This document shows, in pieces, positions 13,401 to 25,933 of a DNA stretch of 64,000 bases (within the stretch, counting starts at the first letter, position 1; every line of letters begins with the position of its first letter). The stretch comes from Takakia lepidozioides. Its lineage: Eukaryota; Plantae; Bryophyta. A program made the translations under genes and the position numbers. A model generated the notes under the pieces. That model had not been told where the DNA came from and made no database searches. It worked only from the letters and a program-made list of their open reading frames with translations. The DNA is taken from assembly GCA_030704615.1 (NCBI GenBank), contig CM060734.1:33356001-33420000 (forward strand), in the 5' to 3' direction.

Positions 13401-16400
13401 ACCACAAGTCCATGACTGGATCAGTAAATGCTCGCCTTCTCTCTCCCACACGTGGATAATTGATTTCTTTCTTCCTCTCTTTCCACCACTGTTTCCATGA
13501 AGTCCCACTACTGGAGCAAGCCTTCTGCAACTGTAATGACTCCATTATTCTCTCATCCCACTTTAATCTCCTCCATCCACTCATTTCTGTTCCATTCAAA
13601 CTACGTAACCAGACTCGCAACCGGTGCCCTACGGTGCTTGCCAAAGATGGTCCCACTTGTCCATCCATACGATGCTAAAAAGAGACACAAAATACAAGAA
13701 ATTGACATAATAACGCAGCCTGCCTTCTTGTGAGTGCCGGCCACACAAACCATGCGAGTCTCTACAGAACGATTACCCGAGATGTTAATTCAGGAATAAA
13801 TCATTGTATATTCCCCACAGTGGATCTTCATGCATCATCCCTTACAGACAGGGTTTCCAAGGAATGAAGAAAGGTATTTTCCAAAAGAGAGCCCAACAAG
13901 TAGGGCCCTGTAGAATTGTGTCCGCAGTCCTTGATAAATCCTCAGTTGGATTTCATCACTATGTGGTCAACATCATAAGTTAAGAGGAAACTTGAAACAG
14001 GTGGAAAGCTGACCTTCCTACAGATGGAAACATTTTCCCATTTGGAACAAGAAACCGATCCCTTGCAATTATGTATGACTCCAGCATTCGCTCATTTACA
14101 AGCAGTGTACCTGAGCACAAAATGCACAGAACTTATCAGCTACATCTGCTAGCTGTACACTAGAAAGAGAACAACCTATAAAATTCAAAGGATGGGTATG
14201 TCTCTAAGCCAACCAAGATACAGTTCATCCTTCCCCTTAAGTGTTGGTTGTCAAAATGATCTCGTCTCATTTGTTTATCATGAAGAATCAAACAGGCAAT
14301 CTTCCAAATACTATGAAAACATTTTACACCCAAGAGAGCTGAGACCCTGAAGTTCAAAGAATTGCAGCTGCATCCCTCTGTAACTTTCAAAAGCCTAAGA
14401 GTATACAGGAGTGCTTTGGAACAATCAGTCATGCTCATACGTGCTTACTACACCCAAAAGCCTCACAGAACACTTTCAAGGAGTCCCCTGAATATCACAA
14501 TCTACCCCATTCTTTGACTATGGATTTTTCAAACTTCCACGAACCTGATACTCCCTAAAACAGCTGGATTCCATCCCCGTATAGTACTCGCACTCTTTGA
14601 TTTCCTTGAAATCATTCCTGAGGCCTCCTAATACCTGATATTTAGGGGAGGGTATTTTATCTATGGTGCGGTATAAAAAAGGGGGCTGGAGCACTTTTCA
14701 ACAATGCTGCCTATTTTGCCTGGACTCTCTAGAGCAAGCCTTGGCCCAGCATGATGATAGCTAAAGCTCTCACCCATTGGCTCTGAGATTAGAATATCTG
14801 CCTTCTCTGGCAGCTCAACCTCCTCAATTTTGCCATGAATCACCTGCAGCCGAAACCATAACTCTCAACCCTATTGTGCTGCCCAAATATGAAGCAAGCA
14901 GACTTTACTCCTCCTAGATAGTTATTCAAAAGAGACAGGGATATGAAACTAGAAACCTAGTAGGCCATGTGATGTGACCGTGTAAGTTGGTTTGGACTGA
15001 GAAAGCAATCATACATCCAGAACCCAACAAACCACTCTAACCTACAGTGTCATTAAGTGTCAAGAGGAAAGACAAACAAAGAGACAAAGAGGAAGCGAAA
15101 GGAAGAAAAACTACAGGGAGATCTAGAGGGCCTATGGTACACAGTAGAACAACACAGCAGGGAGAGAGGGAGGGAAAGGTGACCCATATTTCTAGAAGCC
15201 AATAAAGAAGCACTGTCCATTTCTCCTTATGACTCTAGTGTAGATTGAAAGATATAAACGGCAGAGCTGATAAGTAAGCACTGACGTTCAGGTGAATGTG
15301 CAACAGAGTGTACTGGAAAATCGTCCTAGACTAACGGGAAAACAGAAACATCTCTCTATGACTAGAACCTACAGGAACATTGACTAAGAAATATCGGAGA
15401 AGAAATATTCTCACCATTTCAACTACAAAGCCCATACACGATGTTTAGAAAGCTCCACTGGCTACAATATGCAGCACTAATTATCTCTTCCTTCAGGAAG
15501 AAAACCTTACAGCATACACAAGGGTCCCCTCCCTCCCTCCCTCTCTTTTTAGTTTGAAGCTTGAGAATGCTTGTACCGTGATGCGTTCAGCAAGAGGATG
15601 GTTTCCCGCAATGAGCTTGCGTGCATACTCTGCCATGGATGATGCCTCCACAGCATACACATGCTGGGCACCCGCCTAAAGAATAGAACAGTAAACACAC
15701 TCAGGACCACAGCTTACTCTAAAACAATCTAACCCCAGAACACTGCACCTTCTCTGAGCTCATGTGTCTTTCTCCATAAAGAGGAGGTCTGAAAAGGGTT
15801 TGGGCTTGATATGAGCATCATAAGCAGTGCAAGTCACTGACAACATCACAGAAATGTAGAATACTTCAGGCCAGAGCCTGTTGATAGTGCCCCCTTCACC
15901 CTCAAGGCTACTTGATCAGTACATTATGCTGTAACAGAAGCCGCTCTCAGTAAATAATGGATGTACTAGACTGGAAATATCCTATGTAGGCACTGATACT
16001 GAAAGTGATGCAAGACAACATCTTGGAAAGCATAAAACTTGCCTGGGCTGCAAAGAGAGACAAGATACCACTTCCAGCCCCAACATCCAGTACAACTCGG
16101 CCTTGAAAATCTTGATGATTCTCAATTACAGCAGCATAGTATGTCCCTGCAATTTATGAGCAAAAAACCATGAATGGGGAGTGTGAGATGTACATGTCTG
16201 CGCATGGTTCAGACAGCAGAATTGAGCCCCACTGTCATTGCTCAGTGGCACCTACCCTAATGCACAAGGGCAATCATACAGACAGTAGAATGCGAGCATG
16301 AGAAGATGCTCGACTTTCTTTTTCTTACACAACTATCATGATGGTATCTCAACTGACAAACCTACTTTCAAAGGCTTTGACAGATTAAGGAAAAAGGGTA

Positions 16401-19400
16401 AGACAGTTTGCATCCCACCTGTCCGCACATAGTCCTGTAGCATGTTCTGCTGGTGAAGCAATTGCCCATAATAATGGAAGTACATCTTAGCTGATGATGC
16501 CTCAATCTTCTTCTCAAACTTGCTCAATGCTGTCAAAGTTTCCCCAGATCCATTGGTCACCTCACTTTCTGCACCATAACTAGGCCACATAACTACCATA
16601 CTAAACGTAAAAGCAAACAGCTTCAGGGAGGCATCTACAACTCAATGTCCCGGGGTCAGATCAGTATGAATGAAGCACCAAGAAAAGGCATCTTAGAATG
16701 TGGCACTAGACAGGAAGACTGTTGAGGGCCTTGACCCACAAGTGCTGTCAAAGAACGTACTCGCAAGACTTTGTCTGCCGAAGCCTTGTGGCCATAGACC
16801 CCAGCCCAGTTTGGGCAGAACAAGTGCTGTCAGAGAGAAGGGCACACCGGGAGGTCTGGTCCAGGAAAATTGGCTGCCCTCTTTGTTGTCCAAGACTCTT
16901 AGTATCTCAATGGAGAAAGGCTCAGTGACGTACTCTTCACTCCAGTGGGCAGAAGTCAAACACGTTCTAACAACAAAATGTAACCACCAGAAGTCCCCTA
17001 TTGGAATTAAACTAGGTTGGTAACTGACCCAAAGATTAAGATAGCAGCTCCCTTGCTTGCAAACTATCGGGACAAAACATTAGACACTATAACAACTACA
17101 TCACACTTGAACAATAATGAGGTGAACAATAAGAGGTGCATGTCATACACACCTATCCTTGAACTCTTTGCCTTGAGGTCCTGGAGTGCCATATACAAGT
17201 CACCATTTACTGCTTGAGACCTAAATTGAATTGCAAACGATTTTGATTTTGGAGTCTGCCAAACACAATCATGGACCACAACCTCCCTTCAATACCAATA
17301 CACAGCAGACCCAAGAGGGAAAAAGTGGCCCACCAGAAAAGATTGCCGACCAGGAAAGGAGGTTATCAGAGGGCAGAGAACCCACACTGACCCAAAGACA
17401 AGAGAGGGTACAGTAGACTTCACGTGCTGCAGCTTTGTTGCTGTAGACGGAACACCCTCACAAAGAGAGAATGTACTCATAAGACGTTGTTTGCCGTAGC
17501 CTTGTGGCCATTGACCCCGCGTCCAGTTCGAGCGGAACACAAAGGGACAGAACCTACCCTTTGTCAGGGACTGACGCCGGTAGTAAGACTTATCTTGGAA
17601 TAAACAATTGATCCGGGTTTTCCAGATATCCTCTAGAAATCCCTTTACACAAGCATCAACCTGCTGTGTGTGGTTTGCCCAATAACTAGGCCCCACAAGG
17701 GCCTGGGCTTTTGGCTCAGCCTCAAGACTTTCAAAGTTGGTAAACAGAGGTACAGGCACAATTCCTTCGACAGATTTGAAAGAGAGACATGAATCAGAAA
17801 ATGAATATTGTGTTCAGGTTGCCCACACAACGGGCAATTGCACTCTCCCTTTCCTCTCTGCTTCTGTTTGCTGTTCAAAGGTAGGCTTCCCGCCCTGAGT
17901 TTCAATCTCAGTATCTCAAGAAGAGGAAGTTCAGTATATTCCTGGGAGGGCAACAGAGTATAGAACAGGAGTGCGGTTATAAGTCATAATGCCCATTGGC
18001 AAGAACAGGAGGAGGGCACAACTATACCTTTGGTGCCATATCTGTCTGGACATCATCCACCACCCACATCTGAAGAGTCGGGCCAGCCTTAAAAAACTGC
18101 ATTGCATGAGCCCACCGCATATTAATCAATCCACTGGTAAGCACAACACAGAGAAGCTGAAGTCCACAATCTCCAACTCCCTACAGAATAAAATCCACGA
18201 CTCTGCTGCCAAAAGTACCCAACCCCCTCCACCCCCAAAAAAGAAAAAAAGAAAACCCCAACAAAAGTAAGAATATCGATAAAACAGGAAGGGGGAATTC
18301 TGTGGAAAACAGAAACTACAATGAAAAAACCACTATATATCCCCTATATATCCACTCTGAACAAGATACTCTCTCGACTCCATCCAATCAGTTGATTTCC
18401 CCACCACTTGAGAAAACATTGCTTATATAACAATGTGATCATGATACACCTAAGTCTGCTCTGTTTCCGTTTAAGCCGGCCTTTGGCTACTTACAATTTA
18501 CTTACAGCCTACCAAGTGTAAACACCGCGGCACCTTGGACTGGCTGAGTCCAGGATGCAGCTTAGTTTTCATAGTGAAAGGATACTACCTTTGTGAGGGG
18601 CTCACTCCAGTAGTGTGACCTACCTTGATAGAGACAATTAGTTCAAGTTTTCCAGATATCCTCTTTGGAAGCCCTTCACACAAGCATCAACTTGCTGTGT
18701 GTGAGCTGCCCAGCAATTAGACCCCCACAGGGCCAGGGGTTTAGGCTCAGCCTCAAGATTTTGAAAATTGGTGAACAGAGGTGCAGGGACAATAACCCCC
18801 AGAGAGAGAGAGAGAGGATGTAGTAAGCCACTCCCTCCAAACGTTCACTTGCCATAGACTTACGGCCACTGAGCATGAACAATATTTGTCCCACTGATGA
18901 GACACCGCAGAGGAGCTCATTGCTCAATGTAAAACTTTGCAGTCATTATGTTACAAAACGAAGTCCAAACAATGTGCAATCATTTGATCAAGCAGTTCAA
19001 AGGACCTCTTGTAGGCATGTTTGGCTGGGAAGATAACAACAGCTGCGAGTGATCCCTATGAGGTCCAGCAAGGTTTAAGGAAATCATGATAAGATCTTAC
19101 TATAAGACCTGTAACAAGACACACTTTCAAATCCACTAACCTACGTTAACCTAATTCAGACAAGCCACTTCCCAGGGTTTGTTGCGGCGAGCTCAGGGAA
19201 TTTGGTTACTGCAAAAGCCAGTGGCAGCTTTACCTTTAATAAGCTCTTGCCAAAAGATCAAACACACATTTGTGTCCAATCCAGCCGCCCAAGTTAACCT
19301 AGTTCAGCTAAATCTTTAACCAGTGTTTGGCTATCACAGGCGCTTGGGAGACGTCTTGCTAGATGTCTACCTTTCTTGGAAAAGCCCTCTGGCACCCTCT

Positions 19401-20123
19401 GTAAGAGGAATATTTCCATCATGTTAAGGGTCTGTGGCACCAGTAGCTTATTGAGTGCTTGCATCTCCAGGGAATACCCATAGAAATTGGACATAAATAT
19501 TATTGTCTGCACAGACTGTGGCACCTACAGCGTCAATGGGATGCAACCAAACCACATCCGTGCAACGCGGTCGGCCGCACTAGTTGCGCTGGAATCAGCA
19601 TGACGCCAATGCCAGTCCTCAATCAAGACACAATCAACCTTGTAAAAGGACTTTCGTTGGTTGAGGGTGGGTAACATAATAATCGCCTCGTGTTACCCTA
19701 GCCCGCTAGAAGTCCGAAGGAACTGTACACTCAAGGGACGTGGCCAACACACACGCCAACACGCACAGGAAACGATCACAGTTTACCGCGAAGACAAAGG
19801 AAAAGTAAGTACTGGCAAAGAATAACCACAATGACCATAACAAACACAAACATGAGGAGGACGAGTAAAACCTGAGAATGCTGTAACCAGCATCGCTGAT
19901 ATAACTCGTGCTTGTCACGCGGACCATCAGAGGAGTAGTAAAAATCCACGAACGAGCTTTGTCCTTCATAGTTGAGCACTGCATCTACAGACACAGGGAC
20001 GCCGAAACTGGGCCGCACATCCGGAGTTTCATCTCCACGAGTCTGGGTGAGAGGAAACAGGAAAAGACCAGTGAAAGCGGAAGATCCTGGAGTGCGCAAG
20101 ACATTGGAGATTGAGTCCGCCAT
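10497..20123 (-). CDS. PRMT4: Protein arginine N-methyltransferase PRMT4/CARM1
   Basis: Exons (minus strand): 20123-19872 (tentative), 17255-17153, 16568-16419, 16146-16043, 15675-15577, 14843-14774, 14110-14014, 13385-13331, 13185-13102, 12792-12715, 12338-12235, 11774-11602, 11368-11208, 10691-10497. They encode [66 protein letters not shown], the APTTHWYQ (THW) loop and [10 protein letters not shown], ending in a Gln-rich tail. Splice phases are consistent. A small exon between 19872 and 17255 may be missed. Confidence 0.93.
17470..17953 (-). mobile_element. LINE 3' remnant in PRMT4 intron
   Basis: [14 protein letters not shown] (zf-RVT-like) and [13 protein letters not shown]. Near-identical DNA at 18590-18800; a shared 3' motif also occurs at 16770-16820 and 32820-32870. 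Confidence 0.7.
18590..18800 (-). mobile_element. Second copy of the same LINE 3' remnant
   Basis: TTTTCCAGATATCCTCT...CACAAGCATCAA.TGCTGTGTG...GGCTCAGCCTCAAGA matches 17618-17750. Confidence 0.75.
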
Positions 20124-20416
20124 AGCCTACACCGCTCTCCCTCGTCTTCTAGTACCCCTCCCAAAAAATTGAAAACTGGCTCTTTCCAGCTTCCCTCTTC
20201 TTCCTTCCCTGTAAAACTTGACAAACCAGTCCTCAGATTCCAACTACTTACCCCAGGCCTCAACTCACCAGTGCATCTCTCTCACTTTCCCCCTCTCTCT
20301 CTCCCTCTCCCTCGCTCTACGATTTCCCTGTGGAGAGAGGACCCCAGCACGCTTGCCCCTTCCCCTGCCATATTGGAACATACTCGTGCTGAACGGGTTG
20401 ACCTCACATCAACAGG

Positions 20417-20478
20417 CACGTGGCGGAGCCTGAGGGGATAGTGCCACGCACACGGTCCTGTTGTGGAGGTGCCACGTC
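20417..20478. promoter_or_regulatory. G-box/ACGT-core cluster upstream of PRMT4
   Basis: CACGTG at 20417-20422, GCCACG at ~20443, GCCACGTC at 20471, ~300 bp upstream of the tentative first ATG. Confidence 0.35.
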
Positions 20479-20577
20479 TGCTTCCAAGATTCAGGGCCTA
20501 AAAGCGAATACTCTCATTGGACGTATGTAAATATATTTAATTATTTACTGGCTCTGGCGGAATACCGTCGCATTGAA

Positions 20578-20935
20578 AGGGTTTCTGGTACCCATTGGCA
20601 AGCGGATTGGTTCAAGAAAGGTAGTTGAAAGGTATAAATGGAATATTTCATCCATACTTATAGATGAATTATGTAAGTAGTTGAAACGGTCGTAAAGACC
20701 AGTGTTGGGAGGATACCCTTGTTCTGCCATAATACCCTGAGGGTAAAACCCAATAAGGGTATATGGATATACCCTACCCTGGAAATTCAAAAATACCCTT
20801 ACCTGCCCTTACCCTACCCTTGACAATTTTTGTTATACCCTTAATGGATTATACCCTGGGGTTTGAAATTTCGAAGGATACCCTTCACCCTGAGGGACAA
20901 ATCTATTCAATGGCCGGGTAATAGGGAGGGGTAAA
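20578..20935. repeat. Dense TACCCT/AGGGTA motif array (probable DNA-transposon subterminal region or MITE)
   Basis: More than ten (A)TACCC(T) or GGGTA motifs in both orientations within ~360 bp. Confidence 0.55.
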
Positions 20936-20971
20936 AATAATTTGATTACTAGGGTTTAGGTTTAGGTGTGG

Positions 20972-21160
20972 TATAAAAAGGGAAACACCTTGGAGCGATC
21001 AGGCCCCTTAGTTGTAGTGAGAGAAAAAAATAACCTCTTTCAGAGTAACCTCGACGCATGGGACACCGTCCCAAACATACCACAGCCATGAAGGTAGCAA
21101 GATTTGACCCCAGAACCATTTGGGTGGCACTAAGTGCACTTTCCATTTGAGCTACCAACT
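20972..21160 (-). mobile_element. tRNA-derived SINE copy
   Basis: Minus strand reads GGTAGCTCAAATGG (A box)...GGGTCAAATCTT (B box)...CTGAAAGAGGTTA...AAGGGGCCTGATCGCTCCAAGGTGTTTCC, homologous to 62802-63012. Confidence 0.75.
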
Positions 21161-21948
21161 CTTGGTAGGCGTGGTATTTGCTTGTAGACAAGCCAAACAC
21201 TAGCATTTTTTTTTTTTTTTTTTTTTTTTTTCCCTTAGTTGGTCTTCCTCTCCGCACCTTATGCTCCAAGACCCGTCTTGCCACTGTGATGGCTAATGTT
21301 CTCCTCGCCTGACTTTCAACCTATTCATCATTGTCTGACACGTTCATCCCATGCATTAATATTTACGGCGGGAGACCGTTATATACAGCCTGACCTATAC
21401 TTGTTTGAGGTTATCCTAGAGCTTTGTGGCTCCATCTGGCCCCTTCATTGGTCTACGGGCCAGATCTGTTTGTAATCTAGGCAACCCGTGGCATGCTGCC
21501 ACGTGGGGGTATTGCCTCACCCTAGGTTTTGGGTATAAGATTGTGCCTGACCTTGAGTCAGGGCCCTTCTTCTCATATGTACAACCTGGTGTACGGGCTT
21601 CTGGACGTGCTCTGTGAGCTTTGGATGTGTGTGTGTTAGCTCTGTATATGTCGTACGTGGGATCCTCTATATGTTCATCTCTCTTCTCGTGTTGTAAAGC
21701 CCGCTCCTTCCGAGCTCTTACACCCATAGTTTAACGTGCACTTGTGAGGACGGGAGAATCTCATTCAAGCTCAAAATATGGTGTAGTCTTGTGGGTAGTG
21801 GCTGCTCCGCACGTACAGTGATTTTGCGCGGTTACCTCGGGTTCAATCTGGTTTTGGAAGAAGTTTTTGGTTCAAGATGAAGTTGTGATGGCGGCGGCAG
21901 TTTCACTCTTCGCGTTGTGCACTTGCATTTGTTTGTCTTGCTTGTTCG

Positions 21949-23140
21949 TTGTGTGTTGCAATGGGCGCATCTGCAGTTCTCTGTAGCTTGTCAAGCGAAA
22001 GAGATGACAGCGGCTCGATTTTGGTTAAGATAGAACTGAGAGTGGAGGTTGCAAACTCTGACGTGGTGGGTTCCAGCCAATTAGTTTCAAGGCGTTCTTG
22101 TATCTACTCCCAATTTGCAGGTGGTGGATGGTCATCGGAAGTGTCTGCAGCTCCTGCCGCGCGTGTTCCTTTGTTGATTCCAGGGGTTCATGTTCCTGAC
22201 ATTGAAAGACCTACCTCCTCAGGCTCTAACTACTCAGCATATGCCAGGGCAAAAGCGGCCTTTGAAGAAAGATCTTTGTATTCGGCTCGTGGCTCAGTGA
22301 GTTCGGGCTCTTTGCCAAGCGGTGACCTTGACAGAGCTGATTACGGTTTGGGCTACGTTGAGCCTGCTTACGATCTTGAGGGGTTGCCTGATGTTTAACT
22401 CGCAAATCCAGGACTCTCTTGTGTTTGACAGTGAGCAACTCGAGTTGAGCAATGACGACTTGGTGTGGATCGATAAATTTGAATCTCGATTTTTTGTGGA
22501 CGTCTCGCGTTTTTTAGCTACTGAACGGGAGAGAGTCTCTGCCTAGCTCAGCAATCTTGCTTTATTGGTGAGGGAAGTCCATAGTGTGATTGACAAAGAG
22601 CTAGCTTTGAGGAGATAGTTCAAGGTGCCTATCCCCGAACTCAAAAGTCGATTTTTGTCTTACGGTGCCCTGGAATTCAGGCAGTTTGGGCTTTGCGAAC
22701 AAATCTCCGTTCAATCCCTTGATGTTCCGCTAGTGTCCTTCGATTTTGTGGATCCCTGGCATTCGGCTTTGTTCACCAGTGGCATTGGTGCGATTTTATT
22801 ACGATTGTTAAGATTTGGGAGTCTTGCGGTGTGTACACCTACTACCCGTGATCTTGTTGATTCTCTCACGGGTCATAGTGAGAAGGCTCTTCAAGGAGAT
22901 CTTGTTATTCTTCCTAACGAGCGATTCCCTCTCCGCTCGATTCGCAAACTGAACGTTTTTTACTCCATCGGGCATTGGTCGTCGAGCACTGTCTTGTCTC
23001 GAACTTGGAGAAGTGAGAGAGAAGTGACCGTTACAGGGGGTCAGACTACACCTTGTATGTGGGTTTTTGGTTCAAGAATTCCCGCGGGTGGAATTGGTTG
23101 GCTCTTGCTGAGCACGATCAAGAGACACACAAGCTTTTGA
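21949..23140 (+). pseudogene. Extra ORF(s) upstream of gag, unknown product, disrupted
   Basis: Overlapping open stretches 21949-22398, 22322-22546 and 22625-23140, linkable across isolated stops, between the PBS and gag. Confidence 0.45.
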
Positions 23141-23218
23141 GGATTGTGACTCCACAAGCTTGGCAGTGTACCAGTGTGGTGGAAGTTGAAGATCTCTAAA
23201 GGTGGTGATTCCTAACTA

Positions 23219-24874
23219 ATGTCCAACTCGCCCAATAGCCGTTGGTTGCGTTCAGGTAGAAATAAGATATCTGCTGCTCCTGTGTTATCTCCAGTCACTG
23301 AGCCTCGACATAGGATTTTTGTAGAGTCAGATTTGGTATCAATGGAAGAAGGATTTAGTGGGGTTGATGGTAGAAATCAGGTTAGGGCTTCCAATGGTCT
23401 TGGACTTGCGGCAGCCACTAGCACCAGGCCTGGCTTGGGTGGTAGAATTCGGGAAAACTTGGATGTTGCAGATGATACGAGGGCCAACTTGTATGCCATG
23501 GATTTCCATGCACGACGGATGGATGGCTTGGATCGCATAGGGGAGTCACTTGCAAGTCAGCCTAGCATCTCAGTTTCGAGTTCCGCTCCACCGGCAAAAT
23601 TGAGGCCTATTTCATTGCATAACAATCCTCAATTTCAAGGTATGTCTATCACCTCCTCTCGTGCATTTCATCCTTTGTACGTGGCTAGTGAGTCCGCTTG
23701 GTCTGGCCCTGTGCAAAGCCAAGTGCTTGCACAAAGTCAACCAGCTCTTCAGTCTTGGTCCAGTACCCCACCTACTATAGTACCACTCTCCCGGGCTATG
23801 GGAGGGATGGCAGTTCATGAGGATGGAGGTACGAGGTCAAGTCACAATAATTTGGGAATTCAGCCAGTGGCTTTTCAGGGACATGTAGATGTTGGTCATG
23901 TATATCATGTAGCACCGGTGATTACTTATGCCTATCCTGAGTATAACATGGGAAAGAAGATAGAGAATTTTCTGGAATTGTTTGAAGTCAATGCTCAAAT
24001 GAACAAAGCTACGGAAGAGGTCATGATAGGTACATTTTGCATGAGCATGCAAGGAGAATTAAGTGATTTGTTGCATGTTGCTTTGAGTGGTGAAGAAAAC
24101 TTGACTTGGGCCAAGGTTAAAAGAAGAGCCATCATGATCTTTAAACCTGCGGAGAGGCCTTTGGATAGCCTTGATAAACTTTGTGGCCGGCCATACAAGG
24201 AGGGTGAGTCTCTTTGGCAATACTTTTTAGATCGAAGGGCTACTGTTGTTGAACAAGTGCCTGAAGATGTTGTTATTAGGGAGAGGTTACTAAGACAACA
24301 CTTCTTGAGAGGCATGCCAGCAGAAGTGAAAGCCTGGGGACAACGTCGTACTTTCAGGGATAGTGATGAGATGTTGCATGAAGTTAGTCTTAAGCTTAGG
24401 GACCTGGCTAAAGCAAAGCAAAGGCGACACCATGTGAAATTTCAAATCCCTTATATGGATCATGAAGACACCATGGCCGCCACATTTGATGAGAGAGAGA
24501 CCTCTCCTGTAGGATCTGAGTCTAGTGACTCTGCTTTGCAAGAATTGGCTCACACTGTGGATGAGTTGGGAAAAAGCATAGCTACTCAATTTGCAGCCTT
24601 GAAGGTTGATCAGCAAAGGACTGAGTGGAGACCCAGAGACCAGCAAAGAGCTGAATACAAACCCAGAGATCAGCAGAGAGGTCAAGGTGGAGGGTTCAGA
24701 GGTAAGACACAAACATGGGCTACTTATGAGAGGAAGTTTGCTCCTTGTTATATTTGTGGCAATGATGAGCATTACACTAAGGTATGTCCTGACCGTGAGG
24801 GCTATGCTGATTATATCAAAGAGAAGAAGAAGGCAGGGTCTTCCAACCAGGCTGCCCACACACATTTAAACTAA
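23219..24874 (+). CDS. Gag polyprotein, 551 aa
   Basis: Retrotransposon capsid-like segment (IENFLELFE...TWAKVK...EGESLWQYF...HFLRGMP), CCHC knuckle CYICGNDEHYTKVC, ends in HLN* over TTTAAAC. Confidence 0.9.
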   Translation: MSNSPNSRWLRSGRNKISAAPVLSPVTEPRHRIFVESDLVSMEEGFSGVDGRNQVRASNGLGLAAATSTRPGLGGRIRENLDVADDTRANLYAMDFHARRMDGLDRIGESLASQPSISVSSSAPPAKLRPISLHNNPQFQGMSITSSRAFHPLYVASESAWSGPVQSQVLAQSQPALQSWSSTPPTIVPLSRAMGGMAVHEDGGTRSSHNNLGIQPVAFQGHVDVGHVYHVAPVITYAYPEYNMGKKIENFLELFEVNAQMNKATEEVMIGTFCMSMQGELSDLLHVALSGEENLTWAKVKRRAIMIFKPAERPLDSLDKLCGRPYKEGESLWQYFLDRRATVVEQVPEDVVIRERLLRQHFLRGMPAEVKAWGQRRTFRDSDEMLHEVSLKLRDLAKAKQRRHHVKFQIPYMDHEDTMAATFDERETSPVGSESSDSALQELAHTVDELGKSIATQFAALKVDQQRTEWRPRDQQRAEYKPRDQQRGQGGGFRGKTQTWATYERKFAPCYICGNDEHYTKVCPDREGYADYIKEKKKAGSSNQAAHTHLN

Positions 24875-25028
24875 AAAGATCTCTTGGGCAGGGGACAAGA
24901 GGTCATGGGAAGCATCACCCTGTTGATGCAAGTAAGAAGAGGGTCATGTTGTCAACTAACTTTCAGGCTTTCCATTGTGAACTAGCCAAGAAATGTCAAG
25001 TGCCTGATATAAGTCCCTTGATCACACA

Positions 25029-25850
25029 ATGTCATTGCATCATTTGAGTTTTCCATGTGTTGTAGATACTGGATGTACCATGTCTGCCATCCCCTTGCAG
25101 GTAGTGAGAGTCTTGGGCCTCAAGTTGACCCCTGCACAAGGCATGGAGGTCATCATTGCATATGGGTCAAGGTATGAGCCCTTGGGGCTGGTCACTATCC
25201 CTATTAGAATTCAAAAGAAAGAGGTCTTGATTATTTGCATAGTTACAGTATGAGACCAGTTCTTGTTGGGATTGGATTGGATGACAGGGGCTCAAGCTAC
25301 CATCAACCTTGGTGACAACTCCCTAAGATTTCCCAATGGAGAAGGACATGAAGTTATAGTGCCTCTCAAGACTGTCAAGATTCATGCAGGCACTGCTACT
25401 GCCAACCTTTCCCAAGATCAAACCATGGTAAGGGAGGTAAGGCAAAGGACCCACCACAACATGTCTTGGCTGGATTTTTACAAATACAAGCCAGATCTTG
25501 CCTTGATGTATGAGTGGCATGTACCTAGCTCTGGTCAAAAGTCTAGTGCTTCTATTGTGGTGCAAAAGAACAGTACTATGATTAAAGCTCCCTATGATGT
25601 CACTATTCCATCTATGTGCTAGAGAGTGGTCAAGACCCAATTGGCCTATCTTTGTCCTAAGGGACATTACCTTGAGGTGAATGGATAGAGGAGGCCTACT
25701 GCCTTAAAGCATTGCCTTGTTGTTACTGGGGTTCTTGATAGAGGTTACAGATGATTTCAAGTTTCTTATAGCCAATCCTGAAAAGTTTCATGTGACCATC
25801 AAGAAGGGGCAAATGCTTGCTAGAATTTCTACCCGTCCCTTAGAAAAGAT
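25029..25850 (+). pseudogene. Aspartic protease followed by a dUTPase-like domain (stops, frameshift)
   Basis: VVDTGCTMS and LLGLDW protease motifs, then APYDVTIPSMC*RVVKTQLAYLCPKGHYLEV..GVLDRGY/DDFKFLIANPEKFHVTIKKGQMLARI. Confidence 0.75.
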
Positions 25851-25933
25851 TGATGAAGTCCAGCTTGCTTTTGGTTTTGAAACCTTAGGCATTGTCCATG
25901 ATCAATCAGATCTGGTCACTGTTTTTTCCAGAA

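Noticed and set aside
16569-16599. ATG at 16599 as the PRMT4 start
   Set aside because: Upstream exons at 17255-17153 and 20123-19872 resemble the plant PRMT4 N-terminal region and splice in phase, so this ATG is probably intronic
18870-19300. Candidate missing PRMT4 exon 2
   Set aside because: Candidates near 18872-18900 and 19234-19298 lack a convincing acceptor or give a stop or phase conflict; unresolved without RNA data
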